A DNA stretch of 58,235 bases from positions 1-58,235 of the forward strand of contig CAIVAP010000101.1 of NCBI GenBank assembly GCA_903903945.1, in the 5' to 3' direction. The notes under the pieces were generated by a model. It searched no databases, was not told where the DNA came from, and saw only the letters and a program-made list of their open reading frames with translations. Each line of letters opens with the position of its first letter. Position 1 is the stretch's first letter. Source of the DNA: an uncultured bacterium. Its GTDB lineage: Bacteria; Zixibacteria; MSB-5A5; CAIYYT01. Below are positions 1 to 8,893 of the stretch, piece after piece. A program made the position numbers and the translations under genes.

Positions 1-369
1 ATTCTCGAAGTTGACCGCTTCGATCTTGAGTAGCGCAAAATAGCGCTCGGATTCCTTCGGAGGGCGCACCTGACCGGAGATAATGTCGCCGGTGCGCAAG
101 TCGAACCGTTTGATCTGCGACGGCGAAACATAAATGTCATCCGGACCCGGCAGGTAGTTGTAATCAGCCGAACGGAGGAAGCCGTAGCCCTCCTCGAGGA
201 TTTCCAGTACTCCTTCGCCAAAGATCAGACCATCTTTCTCCGTCTTGGCTTCGAGAATCTTAAAAATCAGTTCGGACTTGCGCAGACCGGACACGCCGGG
301 AATTTCCAATTCCTCCGCATGCCTAAGCAGCTCGGCGATAGTTTTCGATTTAAGTTCGACAATGTCCAT
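1..369 (-). CDS. rho: Transcription termination factor Rho, N-terminal 123 codons (gene runs off the window start)
   Basis: Not in the ORF track. My reverse-strand translation from ATG (367-369) reads [123 protein letters not shown]. This matches the Rho N-terminal helix bundle plus RNA-binding cold-shock-like domain. Confidence 0.9.
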   Translation of the reverse strand, partial: MDIVELKSKTIAELLRHAEELEIPGVSGLRKSELIFKILEAKTEKDGLIFGEGVLEILEEGYGFLRSADYNYLPGPDDIYVSPSQIKRFDLRTGDIISGQVRPPKESERYFALLKIEAVNFEN

Positions 370-447
370 ATTCGTGAGTCCTTTCCGAATAGTATAGATA
401 TTTTGAATTTTCTCTTAGTTACCAGCCCCCGCGGGTGTTGAAAAAGG

Positions 448-792
448 TCAGGCGGCGACTTCTTCAGTCGGAGCGTCGCCCCATAAATCCTCTAAGCCGT
501 AGAAATCTCTAACCTCCCGTACGAAAACGTGTACAACGACATCAACATAATCCAACAACACCCAACGCAGTGATTCGTAGCCCTCGCGATGCCAGTAGCG
601 TTCACCGCTTTTTTGCAACTCGTCGGCAATATGATCGGCGATGGCCCTGGCCTGAACATCGGCATCGGCGGAACAAACCACAAAGTAGTCACACACCGAC
701 GAAAGTTTGCTCAGATCGAGTATTCTGACGTCGTACGCTTTCTTGTCTAATGCAAGATCAGCAATTCTGTGAGCCAACTCATGCGAAGTCAT
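448..792 (-). CDS. rsfS: Ribosome silencing factor RsfS (iojap family)
   Basis: 114 aa. The pattern DKKAYDVRILDL..CDYFVVCSADADVQARAI..WVLLDYVDVVVHVF is typical of RsfS/iojap. Confidence 0.9.
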   Translation of the reverse strand: MTSHELAHRIADLALDKKAYDVRILDLSKLSSVCDYFVVCSADADVQARAIADHIADELQKSGERYWHREGYESLRWVLLDYVDVVVHVFVREVRDFYGLEDLWGDAPTEEVAA

Positions 793-825
793 TAACGAGT
801 TTCTGTCTGCCTCTCCTTGATCATG

Positions 826-1347
826 TTAGTTTTTGCCCACAGAGCGTGACAAGTACTTGTCATAGTCTGAGCCCACGACAAGAGAATAGTCTATATCCAG
901 AAAATTGTCTTCCAGTTCCTTGTAAGTCACTTGCTCAGGCGACAATCCGAGTTTCATCGCCAAGCGCTCCGCCACCGGACTGCCGGCTCTGCGAGCGATA
1001 AGTGTCGTCTTCTCCTGTTTGAAGGAACCGAAGTTCCTTTCGTCAATAACGTCAATCGCAAAATCCGGCTTTCCCGCCTCCAGCAAATACTTGGCGAACC
1101 GGCCGGCCACTCCCGGCACACCGCAGCCGTTAAGCACTTGCAGGCGCAGCGAAATTGACACCGACGATTGGTTCTGGGATGTTTGCCCCTGTGGCGCCGC
1201 CGGCGCCGACTCCCCTTGCGTGTATTTCAGCGCAAACGAGCCGATAACCACCAACACCGTCAACGAAATGACGATAAGTAAGAAGTCTATGATTCGGCTT
1301 CCCGCTTTCGGTTTAGCCGCCTTGGATTTGCTCCGGTCTGCTTTCAA
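826..1347 (-). CDS. Membrane-anchored LytR_C (LytR C-terminal) domain protein
   Basis: N-terminal TM helix (IIDFLLIVISLTVLVVIGSFAL), then LQVLNGCGVPGVAGRFAKYL...TTLIARR, which is typical of LytR_C. Confidence 0.6.
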   Translation of the reverse strand: MKADRSKSKAAKPKAGSRIIDFLLIVISLTVLVVIGSFALKYTQGESAPAAPQGQTSQNQSSVSISLRLQVLNGCGVPGVAGRFAKYLLEAGKPDFAIDVIDERNFGSFKQEKTTLIARRAGSPVAERLAMKLGLSPEQVTYKELEDNFLDIDYSLVVGSDYDKYLSRSVGKN

Positions 1348-1399
1348 GTCTATTCAGTCTGTTTTGAGGCATCAAGCTTAAGGGGAACGAACTTCACCG

Positions 1400-1918
1400 T
1401 TACCGGTCTTCAAAAATGGACTCATACCTCCCAAAGGGTGAATTGGAATACAATTGATAGGGCGAGCGCGTCTCGTAATTAAGAATGAAGCGGAAATTCC
1501 GGGACGGCTGCCAATCCAAACGGAAACTCGGCAAGAGCTTGTTGCCGGAAATCTGAGTGCGCGCCCCCCATAGCCCCTGGGGCTGATGAAGGTAGGCGAT
1601 CGCGAACGACACCCGCAACGGCTTGGCGAACTCATAGTCTATCTGATTGATATACATCCCGATCATCTTTCCCTGACCCACGCCGGAAGCATAACTCAGA
1701 CTGTAACTCTGGGTCATGTGCAAACGCGACGGATCAAGAAGAGAAAATACCGGTCGCGGCCTGGAACCGGATAGCGCCGTTGAACCAGTGGAACCGGTCG
1801 TTCCCTGTTTGACCAAGGTGTCAGCCGCAAAAGCGACATTCATCAGCAGCAAAAGCGCAACCGCGAGGCTCGCTATGTACAACAATGTTTTGATAATCAG
1901 ATCTCCTGCAAGTCTCAA
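1400..1918 (-). CDS. Hypothetical secreted or outer-membrane protein
   Basis: 172-aa ORF with a signal-peptide-like N-terminus (LLYIASLAVALLLLMNVAFA) and an aromatic-rich beta-like C-terminus. No family recognised. Confidence 0.4.
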   Translation of the reverse strand: MRLAGDLIIKTLLYIASLAVALLLLMNVAFAADTLVKQGTTGSTGSTALSGSRPRPVFSLLDPSRLHMTQSYSLSYASGVGQGKMIGMYINQIDYEFAKPLRVSFAIAYLHQPQGLWGARTQISGNKLLPSFRLDWQPSRNFRFILNYETRSPYQLYSNSPFGRYESIFEDR

Positions 1919-1958
1919 TGCTTATACGTTTTGAATCTATCTCTTGCCCAATTTATTG

Positions 1959-2708
1959 TCAACGTTTTAATTCAACAAATATCGCTTCGAGTTCCTGAAG
2001 CTGCTCCACGGAATTGACACCCAGCGCCTCGCGATAGTCGTCCAGGACTACGGCCCCGGTTGTTTTGCCTTCGCGCAACAGAATCTGCACAACGTCAGTC
2101 AGGTAGTATTCTCCTTGAGTGTTATTGCGATCAACCTTGTCCAGTGCGGCATCAAGCGATGGGGCGTCGAAAAGAATGATGCCGGTATTGATCTCTCTAC
2201 TCTTCCGTTCTTCGTTAGTACAATCGGCTTGTTCCACGATCTTCTTTACCCTGCCATCGCTGTCGCGCACGATGCGTCCGTAGCCGGTGGCATCTGGTGG
2301 CATTGAAGTCAAGACCGTCGCTGCGTTGCCGCGCCGGAAGTGTTCGTCAATTAGCCGGGTTAGCGACTCGCGTCGCAACAACGGAACGTCACCGGTTATG
2401 ACAAGTACTCCGCCGTCCTGCTTGTGGAAATATCCACGGGCGGATTTGACGGCATCGGCGGTGCCCTTCAGCTCATGCTGTACGGCGAAAACAATTTCCG
2501 TCCCTTCATAAAGCTTTTGCACCAATTCGCGGCCGTGGCCGACAACTAACACTATCTGTTGCAATCCCAGCGAATTGAGGGTGTCGGTCAGGTACGTGAT
2601 CAGCGGTCTGCCGGCAATTGGCTGTAGAACTTTGGGCAACTCAGACTTCATCCGTTTGCCCTTGCCGGCGGCGAGCACGACCGCAATGATATGTTGGGAA
2701 TTGTTCAA
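1959..2708 (-). CDS. Sugar-phosphate nucleotidyltransferase (GlmU N-terminal uridyltransferase-like, no LbH acetyltransferase domain)
   Basis: VVLAAGKGKRMKSELPKVLQPIAGRPLI motif, GTADAV and YYLTDV. At 249 aa it covers only the pyrophosphorylase domain. Confidence 0.75.
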   Translation of the reverse strand: MNNSQHIIAVVLAAGKGKRMKSELPKVLQPIAGRPLITYLTDTLNSLGLQQIVLVVGHGRELVQKLYEGTEIVFAVQHELKGTADAVKSARGYFHKQDGGVLVITGDVPLLRRESLTRLIDEHFRRGNAATVLTSMPPDATGYGRIVRDSDGRVKKIVEQADCTNEERKSREINTGIILFDAPSLDAALDKVDRNNTQGEYYLTDVVQILLREGKTTGAVVLDDYREALGVNSVEQLQELEAIFVELKR

Positions 2709-3064
2709 CTGAGGGGTCGGTTTTTCTTGTCTACCTTGACGATTGTCGGTGTATGCTTCTGGGCTTCTTCGGGACTCATAAGAACATAGGTGATAACGAT
2801 AACTTCATCGCCAACCTGTCCCAAACGAGCTGCCGGGCCGTTCAAACAGACCGTGCCGCTGCCGGGCTTGCCCTTAATCGTGTACGTCTCAAATCGGACG
2901 CCATTGGCAACATTGACGACTTGCACTTTCTCCCCTTCAAGGATGTTGGCAGCGGTCATCAACTCGGGATCGAGTTCTAACGAGCCTTCATACTTAAGGT
3001 TAGCATCGGTGATTGTAGCCCGATGGATTTTCGACTTGAACATTTGCAACAGCATCTTATCCAA
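2705..3064 (-). CDS. panD: Aspartate 1-decarboxylase
   Basis: MFKSKIHRATITDANLKYEGSLELD contains the Gly-Ser self-cleavage site. 119 aa, with a 4-nt overlap onto the downstream gene. Confidence 0.9.
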   Translation of the reverse strand: MDKMLLQMFKSKIHRATITDANLKYEGSLELDPELMTAANILEGEKVQVVNVANGVRFETYTIKGKPGSGTVCLNGPAARLGQVGDEVIVITYVLMSPEEAQKHTPTIVKVDKKNRPLS

Positions 3065-3905
3065 CCTTCAGCACAATATTGTCGATCAGCCGCACGCCAT
3101 CTATCCTGCATGCGAGGCTGATGGCGATTCTGCCCGAAATTCTTTTCAATTCCGCCAGTGTTTCGGCGTCCGCTACCGAGACATAGTCCACATCAGCTTC
3201 CGCATCTTTAACGAGTCGGCGGCGGATAAAGTTCCTGATTTTCGCGGCATTACGTTCACCGGATAGAACCAATTGCCGAGCCGCAAACAGGGAACGAGAT
3301 ATTGCCGGCGCTCGCCGGTGTGCATCTACAGAAAGATACGCATTTCGGGACGACAATGCAAGTCCGTCGGCATCCCGCACTGTCGGCGCAACCACGATCC
3401 TGACCGGTACATTCAGGTCTTTGACCATCTGCTTGATCACGACTGATTGCTGGAGGTCTTTTCTGCCGAAAACGGCGAAATCGGGCTGAACAATATTAAA
3501 CAATTTGAGCACAACAGTATCAACGCCTTTGAAATGCGTCGGGCGGGATTCCCCATCAAGAATCGTGGCCATTTTCTCGGGGACGACATACGTGTCAAAC
3601 CCTGCCGGATAAACGTCCTGTGGTTGCGGGTGAAAGACAATATCAACACCCAACGGACGCAGTAACTTGCAGTCCAACGCGAGGTTACGCGGATAACGAC
3701 TGAAGTCCTCGTGCGGTGCAAACTGCGTCGGATTAACGAATATCGAGACGACCGTGATGTCGGCCAGCCTGCTGGCTCTTTTGACCAGTTCCAGATGCCC
3801 TCTATGCAGCGCGCCCATGGTGGGAACAAGGGCAATTGTCTTGCCTTGTTTCTTCAGCTTCAGCGCCAGTTTCTGCATCCGGGCCACGGAGCGAACAATT
3901 TGCAC
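3057..3905 (-). CDS. panC: Pantoate-beta-alanine ligase
   Basis: VPTMGALHRGHLELV and SIFVNPTQF motifs; 282 aa. Confidence 0.9.
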   Translation of the reverse strand: MQIVRSVARMQKLALKLKKQGKTIALVPTMGALHRGHLELVKRASRLADITVVSIFVNPTQFAPHEDFSRYPRNLALDCKLLRPLGVDIVFHPQPQDVYPAGFDTYVVPEKMATILDGESRPTHFKGVDTVVLKLFNIVQPDFAVFGRKDLQQSVVIKQMVKDLNVPVRIVVAPTVRDADGLALSSRNAYLSVDAHRRAPAISRSLFAARQLVLSGERNAAKIRNFIRRRLVKDAEADVDYVSVADAETLAELKRISGRIAISLACRIDGVRLIDNIVLKVG

Positions 3906-3908
3906 GGC

Positions 3909-4721
3909 TTAGCCGTAGCTTTCTGATTCGCTTGGATAGTTGCCGCTGCGAACATCGGCGGCAAACTGAGAGGCGACCTCGCGCAATTTGGCTCCGAGAT
4001 CAAAATATCGTCGTACGAACTTAGGAACGAAATCGCCGCTAGCGCCGACGATGTCATTGGTCACGACGATCTGACCATCCGTGAGGCTACCGGCGCCGAT
4101 GCCGAAAGTCGGAATTTCCAGCGATTGACTGATTTTCTGGGCGATGTCGCTCTTGATTGCCTCCAACACCATGCCGAAACATCCGGCTTCCTGCAACGCC
4201 AGCGCCGATTCCAGCAGGTAATTTTTGGCCTGGTCGGTCTTGCCCTGCACCTTGTAACCACCAAACTTGTTGATCGACTGTGGTGTCAGACCGATATGCC
4301 CCATTACCGGTATGCCGATTTCGGTGATCCTGCGAATACGCGCCGCCATCTCAATACCCCCTTCCAACTTGACACCGGCAGCACCGCCTTCAGACAGAAA
4401 GCGACCGGCGTTGTGAATGGCTTCAGCATCGGAAGTCTGATATGACATAAACGGCATATCGCCGATGACGCAGGCGTTTTGTACGGCGCGACTAACGGCT
4501 TCGGTATGCGGCAGCATCACTTCCATCGTGACGGAGAGCGTATCTTTCTTGCCATAGACGACCATGCCCAACGAGTCACCGACCAATATGCCATCAACAC
4601 CGGCATCATCAAGAGCGCGGGCAGTGTAATAGTCATAAGCCGTCAGCCAGACAATCTTCTTCCCCTTTTTCTTCATGTGCGTAAAAGAGAGTGTCGTGAT
4701 TTTGTCGCGCGTGTCAGCCAT
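3909..4721 (-). CDS. panB: 3-methyl-2-oxobutanoate hydroxymethyltransferase
   Basis: LTAYDYYTARALDDAGVDGILVGDSLGMV, VKLEGG and MGHIGLTPQ motifs; 270 aa. Confidence 0.9.
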   Translation of the reverse strand: MADTRDKITTLSFTHMKKKGKKIVWLTAYDYYTARALDDAGVDGILVGDSLGMVVYGKKDTLSVTMEVMLPHTEAVSRAVQNACVIGDMPFMSYQTSDAEAIHNAGRFLSEGGAAGVKLEGGIEMAARIRRITEIGIPVMGHIGLTPQSINKFGGYKVQGKTDQAKNYLLESALALQEAGCFGMVLEAIKSDIAQKISQSLEIPTFGIGAGSLTDGQIVVTNDIVGASGDFVPKFVRRYFDLGAKLREVASQFAADVRSGNYPSESESYG

Positions 4722-5384
4722 TTATAACCCCAGCATTTCGTCCCCGCGCGTAAAATAGCGCGTCCCTTGACGCATCTCGGCGATCTGCGTGAAGATCTCA
4801 TCAAGATGCGTTGAGTTCTCGACGAAATCCAACTGATCGGTCTTGATCACCAAGAGCGGGGTCCGGTTATAGTGAAAGAAGTAATGATTATACGCTTCCA
4901 CGACCGAAGTCAGGTATTCGGCGTCGAAATTCCGTTCGTAAGTGACGTTGCGTTTCTTGATTCGCGCCGTAAGCACTTCCACTGATGCCGTCAGGAATAC
5001 GACCAAATCCGGTTTCGGGAGATTCTTTTTTAGCAGCTCTGCGACCTGCTTATACAGTGAGAGTTCGTCTTCCGTGAGGTTGGATTGCGCAAAAAGGAAA
5101 TCCTTCTCGAAAGTATAGTCGGCGACTATTTTCTTCTTGAAGAGATCGTATTCGACCAGTTCCTTTTGCTGGGCATAACGCGACAACAGAAAGAAGAACT
5201 GCGTCTGTAAGGCGTAACGCTTGCGGTCGCGGTAGAAATCTTTCAGGAACGGATTCTTGTCCGCCTCTTCCAGCACCAGATGTCCGCCGATGCGGTCGGC
5301 CAGGATGCGGCAGAAGGTTGTTTTGCCGACGCCGATCGGACCGTCGACGGCGACATAGCGAAGATGGGCAAAGCGATCATCCAT
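4722..5384 (-). CDS. Deoxynucleoside kinase family protein
   Basis: P-loop VDGPIGVGKTTF, EEADKNPFL, and a lid RIKKRNVTYERN; 220 aa. Confidence 0.8.
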   Translation of the reverse strand: MDDRFAHLRYVAVDGPIGVGKTTFCRILADRIGGHLVLEEADKNPFLKDFYRDRKRYALQTQFFFLLSRYAQQKELVEYDLFKKKIVADYTFEKDFLFAQSNLTEDELSLYKQVAELLKKNLPKPDLVVFLTASVEVLTARIKKRNVTYERNFDAEYLTSVVEAYNHYFFHYNRTPLLVIKTDQLDFVENSTHLDEIFTQIAEMRQGTRYFTRGDEMLGL

Positions 5385-5865
5385 GATAGATTTCCACCTT
5401 CTGTGTTGGGTCGTTTAGTAGTGCCAGACATTCATCATACCGACGCTGGTCGACCGGACAGAGTGCGTCCGGCTCGATCTCCAGCAGTGGCACCAATACG
5501 AATTTGCGTCGGCAGATGGCGGGATGCGGCAGTTGAAGCCGGTCGGAATCGATATGTTCATCGCCGTATAAAAGAATATCCAGATCGATCACGCGAGGAC
5601 CCTTGTTAATTCTTGGCAGCACATTGAAAAGCGTTTCCACAACCTTGATCTTGTCCAGAAGCTGCCGAGATGATAGCCGAGTATCAACTTCGACCACGCC
5701 GTTAATGAAAAACGGCTGGTCGGTGTTTTCCACCGGCGAGGTTTCATAATAACCCGACCGCCTCAGGACTGTTACGTCGCCGTTGTCCTGAAGTCGCTCC
5801 AACGCACGTTGGATGTTGGCAACTCGGTCACCCAGATTGGAACCGCAAGAAAGATAGATGCTGAT
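5377..5865 (-). CDS. folK: 2-amino-4-hydroxy-6-hydroxymethyldihydropteridine pyrophosphokinase (start uncertain)
   Basis: The track ORF starts at TTG 5802, but the open frame continues upstream to 5868 and encodes AISIYLSCGSNLGDRVANIQRAL. That is the conserved FolK N-terminal GSNLG motif. There is no ATG/GTG/TTG in 5803-5868; the only candidates are ATC codons at 5863-5865 and 5857-5859. Confidence 0.75.
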   Translation of the reverse strand: MSIYLSCGSNLGDRVANIQRALERLQDNGDVTVLRRSGYYETSPVENTDQPFFINGVVEVDTRLSSRQLLDKIKVVETLFNVLPRINKGPRVIDLDILLYGDEHIDSDRLQLPHPAICRRKFVLVPLLEIEPDALCPVDQRRYDECLALLNDPTQKVEIYHG

Positions 5866-5868
5866 AGC

Positions 5869-6231
5869 CTACTCCCTCACTCGCTGAATTTCAACTTCGA
5901 TATGATCGAGATTCCCCGGTATCGGGGGAATCATCTTTCGCACTCTGACTACAACTTCTCTGATATGGTCGAGTTGCAGGACTCGCCCGGCGATATCCGC
6001 GGCAATTGCTTCCAACAGGGAATAGCGCTTGCCGTTCAAGACGTCCTCGACAATGCCATAGACCTGTGCATAGTTCACCGTATCCGCTAGCTTGTCGGTT
6101 TTGGCCGGCAGTGTGAGATCAAGGTGCAGATCACAATCGACCTCATAGCGTCGACCGGTCTCTTTTTCGGCGGCGCTGACACCATGATAGCCGTAGAAAG
6201 TCATATTTTTCAGTCTGATGACATCCATCAA
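5869..6231 (-). CDS. folB: Dihydroneopterin aldolase
   Basis: 120 aa. FYGYHGVSAAEKETGRRYEVD and VNYAQVY are typical of FolB. ATGA overlap with the upstream gene. Confidence 0.85.
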   Translation of the reverse strand: MMDVIRLKNMTFYGYHGVSAAEKETGRRYEVDCDLHLDLTLPAKTDKLADTVNYAQVYGIVEDVLNGKRYSLLEAIAADIAGRVLQLDHIREVVVRVRKMIPPIPGNLDHIEVEIQRVRE

Positions 6232-7409
6232 TCGGTTCTCCGGTGCAAACGTGATTTGATCGGTTGGTAGGCGCGTACCAGAGCAGTCATGACTTCTCGC
6301 AGTCTGTCGGATTCAACATTGGCTGCAATCCTAATCCAGCCCTCACCTTCCTCGCCAAAGGCAGTGCCGGGCGTAATAAGAATGCCGCGATGGCGCAGCA
6401 GTCCCCGCGCAAAGCTGACCGACAGCCGTCCGCGTCTAAGCTTGACCCAGACAAAACCTGCGCCAAAAGCCGGGTAGAACTCGATGCCGGCACTTTGAAG
6501 CGTCTCGACGATGACATTCATGCGCAAGCCAATCTCTTCTCGGCAGCGAGCAATATGATTCGCCAGTGATTCCGCGGAAGCAAAATAGGGAGCTGCATAA
6601 GTCAGCAGCGGCCCACTGGGAAGCAGACCAAGTGAACGCGCCAACGTCGCCAAGGGGTCGATCATGCGTTTGCGACCGACGATTGCGGTGAGTTTCAGTT
6701 GTGGTGCTGCCAGATTGGTAGAGAAGCTGAACATCTCGATACCGAGGCGGAGCCGTTTACGCGATTGGCAGAACAACGGTGGTCGGAAATTACCGGAATA
6801 CGAAAGGGCGTATGAGGAATCGGCGACGACCAGGATATTCGCCTCGGCAGCCAACCGCTGCAAATGCGAATAGAAGTTTTCGTCGCAGACGGCGCCGGTG
6901 GGATTGTGCGGCGAGGTCAGGAACAGCAAGCGCGGCGACTTGGAAGCGATCCGGTCGAACTGCTCAAGATTCGGCAGGTAGTCATTGCGTTGATAGATCG
7001 GGCAACTGCGCGGTTTGCCTTCAAAGAGCAACACCAGTTTGCGGTAGGCATCGTAGCCGGGATCAGGAAGAAGGCAAATCGTTCCCGCGTCAACAAAGTG
7101 CGCCGCCGTCAAGAGCAGCGCGGCACGGATTCCCGGTACAAGCAGAATCTCCTGCGTCGGATCAATTTCGATTTGATATTCGCGCGCGAGGTATTCGGCA
7201 AACGTCTTGGCAATGGTAGTCCCGTCGGAGGGACTAACAGACGTCTGCGCAGCAAGGGGCACATGGATGGCATATTTACCGAGATCGACAATCTCTTTGC
7301 CCCGGCGTTCCAAAGTCTTACACAATCCCTGTAGTTCGCTCAGGAACGGCGCGGGCAATTGCTGAATTCGTTCCGCCGCGCTGACCACCACGCGCTTAGT
7401 GATCTTCAT
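6228..7409 (-). CDS. Class I/II aminotransferase-fold protein lacking the canonical PLP-lysine
   Basis: SPHNPTGAV and ADSSY motifs fit fold-type I aminotransferases. Where SxSK..G.R.G is expected, the sequence reads FSFSTNLAAPQLKLTAIVG. Confidence 0.7.
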   Translation of the reverse strand: MKITKRVVVSAAERIQQLPAPFLSELQGLCKTLERRGKEIVDLGKYAIHVPLAAQTSVSPSDGTTIAKTFAEYLAREYQIEIDPTQEILLVPGIRAALLLTAAHFVDAGTICLLPDPGYDAYRKLVLLFEGKPRSCPIYQRNDYLPNLEQFDRIASKSPRLLFLTSPHNPTGAVCDENFYSHLQRLAAEANILVVADSSYALSYSGNFRPPLFCQSRKRLRLGIEMFSFSTNLAAPQLKLTAIVGRKRMIDPLATLARSLGLLPSGPLLTYAAPYFASAESLANHIARCREEIGLRMNVIVETLQSAGIEFYPAFGAGFVWVKLRRGRLSVSFARGLLRHRGILITPGTAFGEEGEGWIRIAANVESDRLREVMTALVRAYQPIKSRLHRRTD

Positions 7410-8095
7410 CAGTTCCCTCTGGGAGGATGGAATTCCGATTCATCTTCGCCAAAGATCTCGTCATCGTCGGCAAAAGCGCCTTCCTCGTACATCAGAGAGA
7501 CATCGGTGAGCACACGCGAGAGATAAATTGTCTTGGCCAGCTGTTCAGCCATCTCCACGCGGAAGAAAGCCTCCATTAGGTTTGATCCAAACGACATAAT
7601 ACCGTGGTTCTCGAGCAAGAACGTATGATAGCCGAGGACCAGATTTCCCAAGCGATCGGCCAAGTCCTGCGTGCCGGGTTCGGCATAGGTTATGAAAGGT
7701 ATCTCACCGAAATTGGCGCGCCCTTCCGGAAGCTCGGCGACATCAAGCATAACGCCACCAAGTGCAAACGCGGTCGCATATGAAGGATGCGCATGCACGG
7801 TAGCCTGGAAGTCCTCGCGGCGTTTGTAACCGTGCAAATGCAGAAGACATTCGGACGATGGACATTGCCGGCGATCAACCGGCAAACCAGATGCATCGAT
7901 CAGCACGATGTCGTCCGGTTGCAGCATGCCCTTGCATCCGCCCTTTGGCGTAATCAAGATCTGTCCGTCAGAAGCCCGACAGGAAAGATTCCCCTGTGTT
8001 CCGACAATTAACCCTTTTTCATAAAGCAACTTACCGACCTGGCAAAGCTGCTCCCTTAGAACTCCGTCTTTGATTGACAATACACTTTCCTCCAA
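7409..8095 (-). CDS. Class II aldolase/adducin family protein
   Basis: GTQGNLSCR, PSSE, VHAHP and LLENHGIMSFG motifs, with an acidic C-terminal tail. Confidence 0.8.
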   Translation of the reverse strand: MEESVLSIKDGVLREQLCQVGKLLYEKGLIVGTQGNLSCRASDGQILITPKGGCKGMLQPDDIVLIDASGLPVDRRQCPSSECLLHLHGYKRREDFQATVHAHPSYATAFALGGVMLDVAELPEGRANFGEIPFITYAEPGTQDLADRLGNLVLGYHTFLLENHGIMSFGSNLMEAFFRVEMAEQLAKTIYLSRVLTDVSLMYEEGAFADDDEIFGEDESEFHPPRGN

Positions 8096-8162
8096 TCGGG
8101 CAATTAGCCCGCGACGGTCGGCTTTGTCAAGGCAATTCTAAGTCTGGCGCTGGTCGAGAGTT

Positions 8163-8456
8163 TTAGGGTTTCGCTTCATAGATGGCCGAGCGCCAGAAAT
8201 ACCAACTGAATGCGGCTGCAAGCACAACAATGCCAGCCAGATTCGTTAGCAAACCCCAGCCGATGATTCGTCTGAGTATCACCGAGATTATCACAATCAG
8301 GGCACCGACAATCAACGAGACCCACCAGATGCGAAACCATCTTGGTGAGAGCAGCAACTGAGCGCCGCAATGGCCACAACGCACAGAGCGCGGGTCGATT
8401 ACAAATAGGAATCTCAAGAACGACATCGCCGTACTACGGCACGACTGGCAAATCAT
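8163..8456 (-). CDS. Small membrane protein with an N-terminal CxxC...CxxC zinc-ribbon-like motif
   Basis: MICQSCRS...VRCGHCG followed by two hydrophobic helices. No family recognised. Confidence 0.4.
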   Translation of the reverse strand: MICQSCRSTAMSFLRFLFVIDPRSVRCGHCGAQLLLSPRWFRIWWVSLIVGALIVIISVILRRIIGWGLLTNLAGIVVLAAAFSWYFWRSAIYEAKP

Positions 8457-8632
8457 CGATAACCAACCTCCTGTCTACAGAGCAGAAGCAATTACTCTCT
8501 CTCAAATATGGATGTCAACATGATTGTCTGGAAACCGGCATCGCGATGACCGAATCCACTATTTTTGCAACCGATTCTCTTTCAGCAGCTTGAAGATGCT
8601 CGCAAACCGCATCAAGCAGGCATATGCTCGAT

Positions 8633-8681
8633 TGCGTATATGTTGTGGCTGGTAAGTCATTGCCGATACTACATATTGTGT
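8633..8681 (+). promoter_or_regulatory. Putative tandem NrdR boxes upstream of nrdJ
   Basis: 8666-8681 (atactacatattgtgt) matches 14 of 16 positions of the NrdR-box palindrome as I recall it (acaCwAtATaTwGtgt). 8633-8648 (tgcgtatatgttgtgg) is a weaker 10/16 match, 33 bp upstream. Confidence 0.4.
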
Positions 8682-8893
8682 TTTTTCAAAATTTTATGTT
8701 TGACTGTCTTTCGGCATTCTGCTAACCTGTCCCCCGCGCCGCAACCCGGGTAGGACAGACTTACACGGCGCGAGAGTTTACAAATGTGATTTCCAACGGG
8801 GCTGTTGGAACGTTAATATGCAGGGAAGCTACGACGATCTAACTAAATAGTCCCTTTCATCACGCAGATGCTTCATAGAGGGAGAGAGAGCTT

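Noticed and set aside
5869-5871. Genome-wide TAG reassignment as the explanation for the in-frame TAG between folB and folK
   Set aside because: Other well-supported genes in the window terminate at TAG at the expected protein ends, for example 26986-27585 and 46347-47513. TAG is therefore an ordinary stop here.
8682-8893. Cobalamin riboswitch upstream of nrdJ
   Set aside because: No B12-box-like element is visible. A B12 riboswitch would also be functionally unexpected in front of a B12-dependent enzyme.
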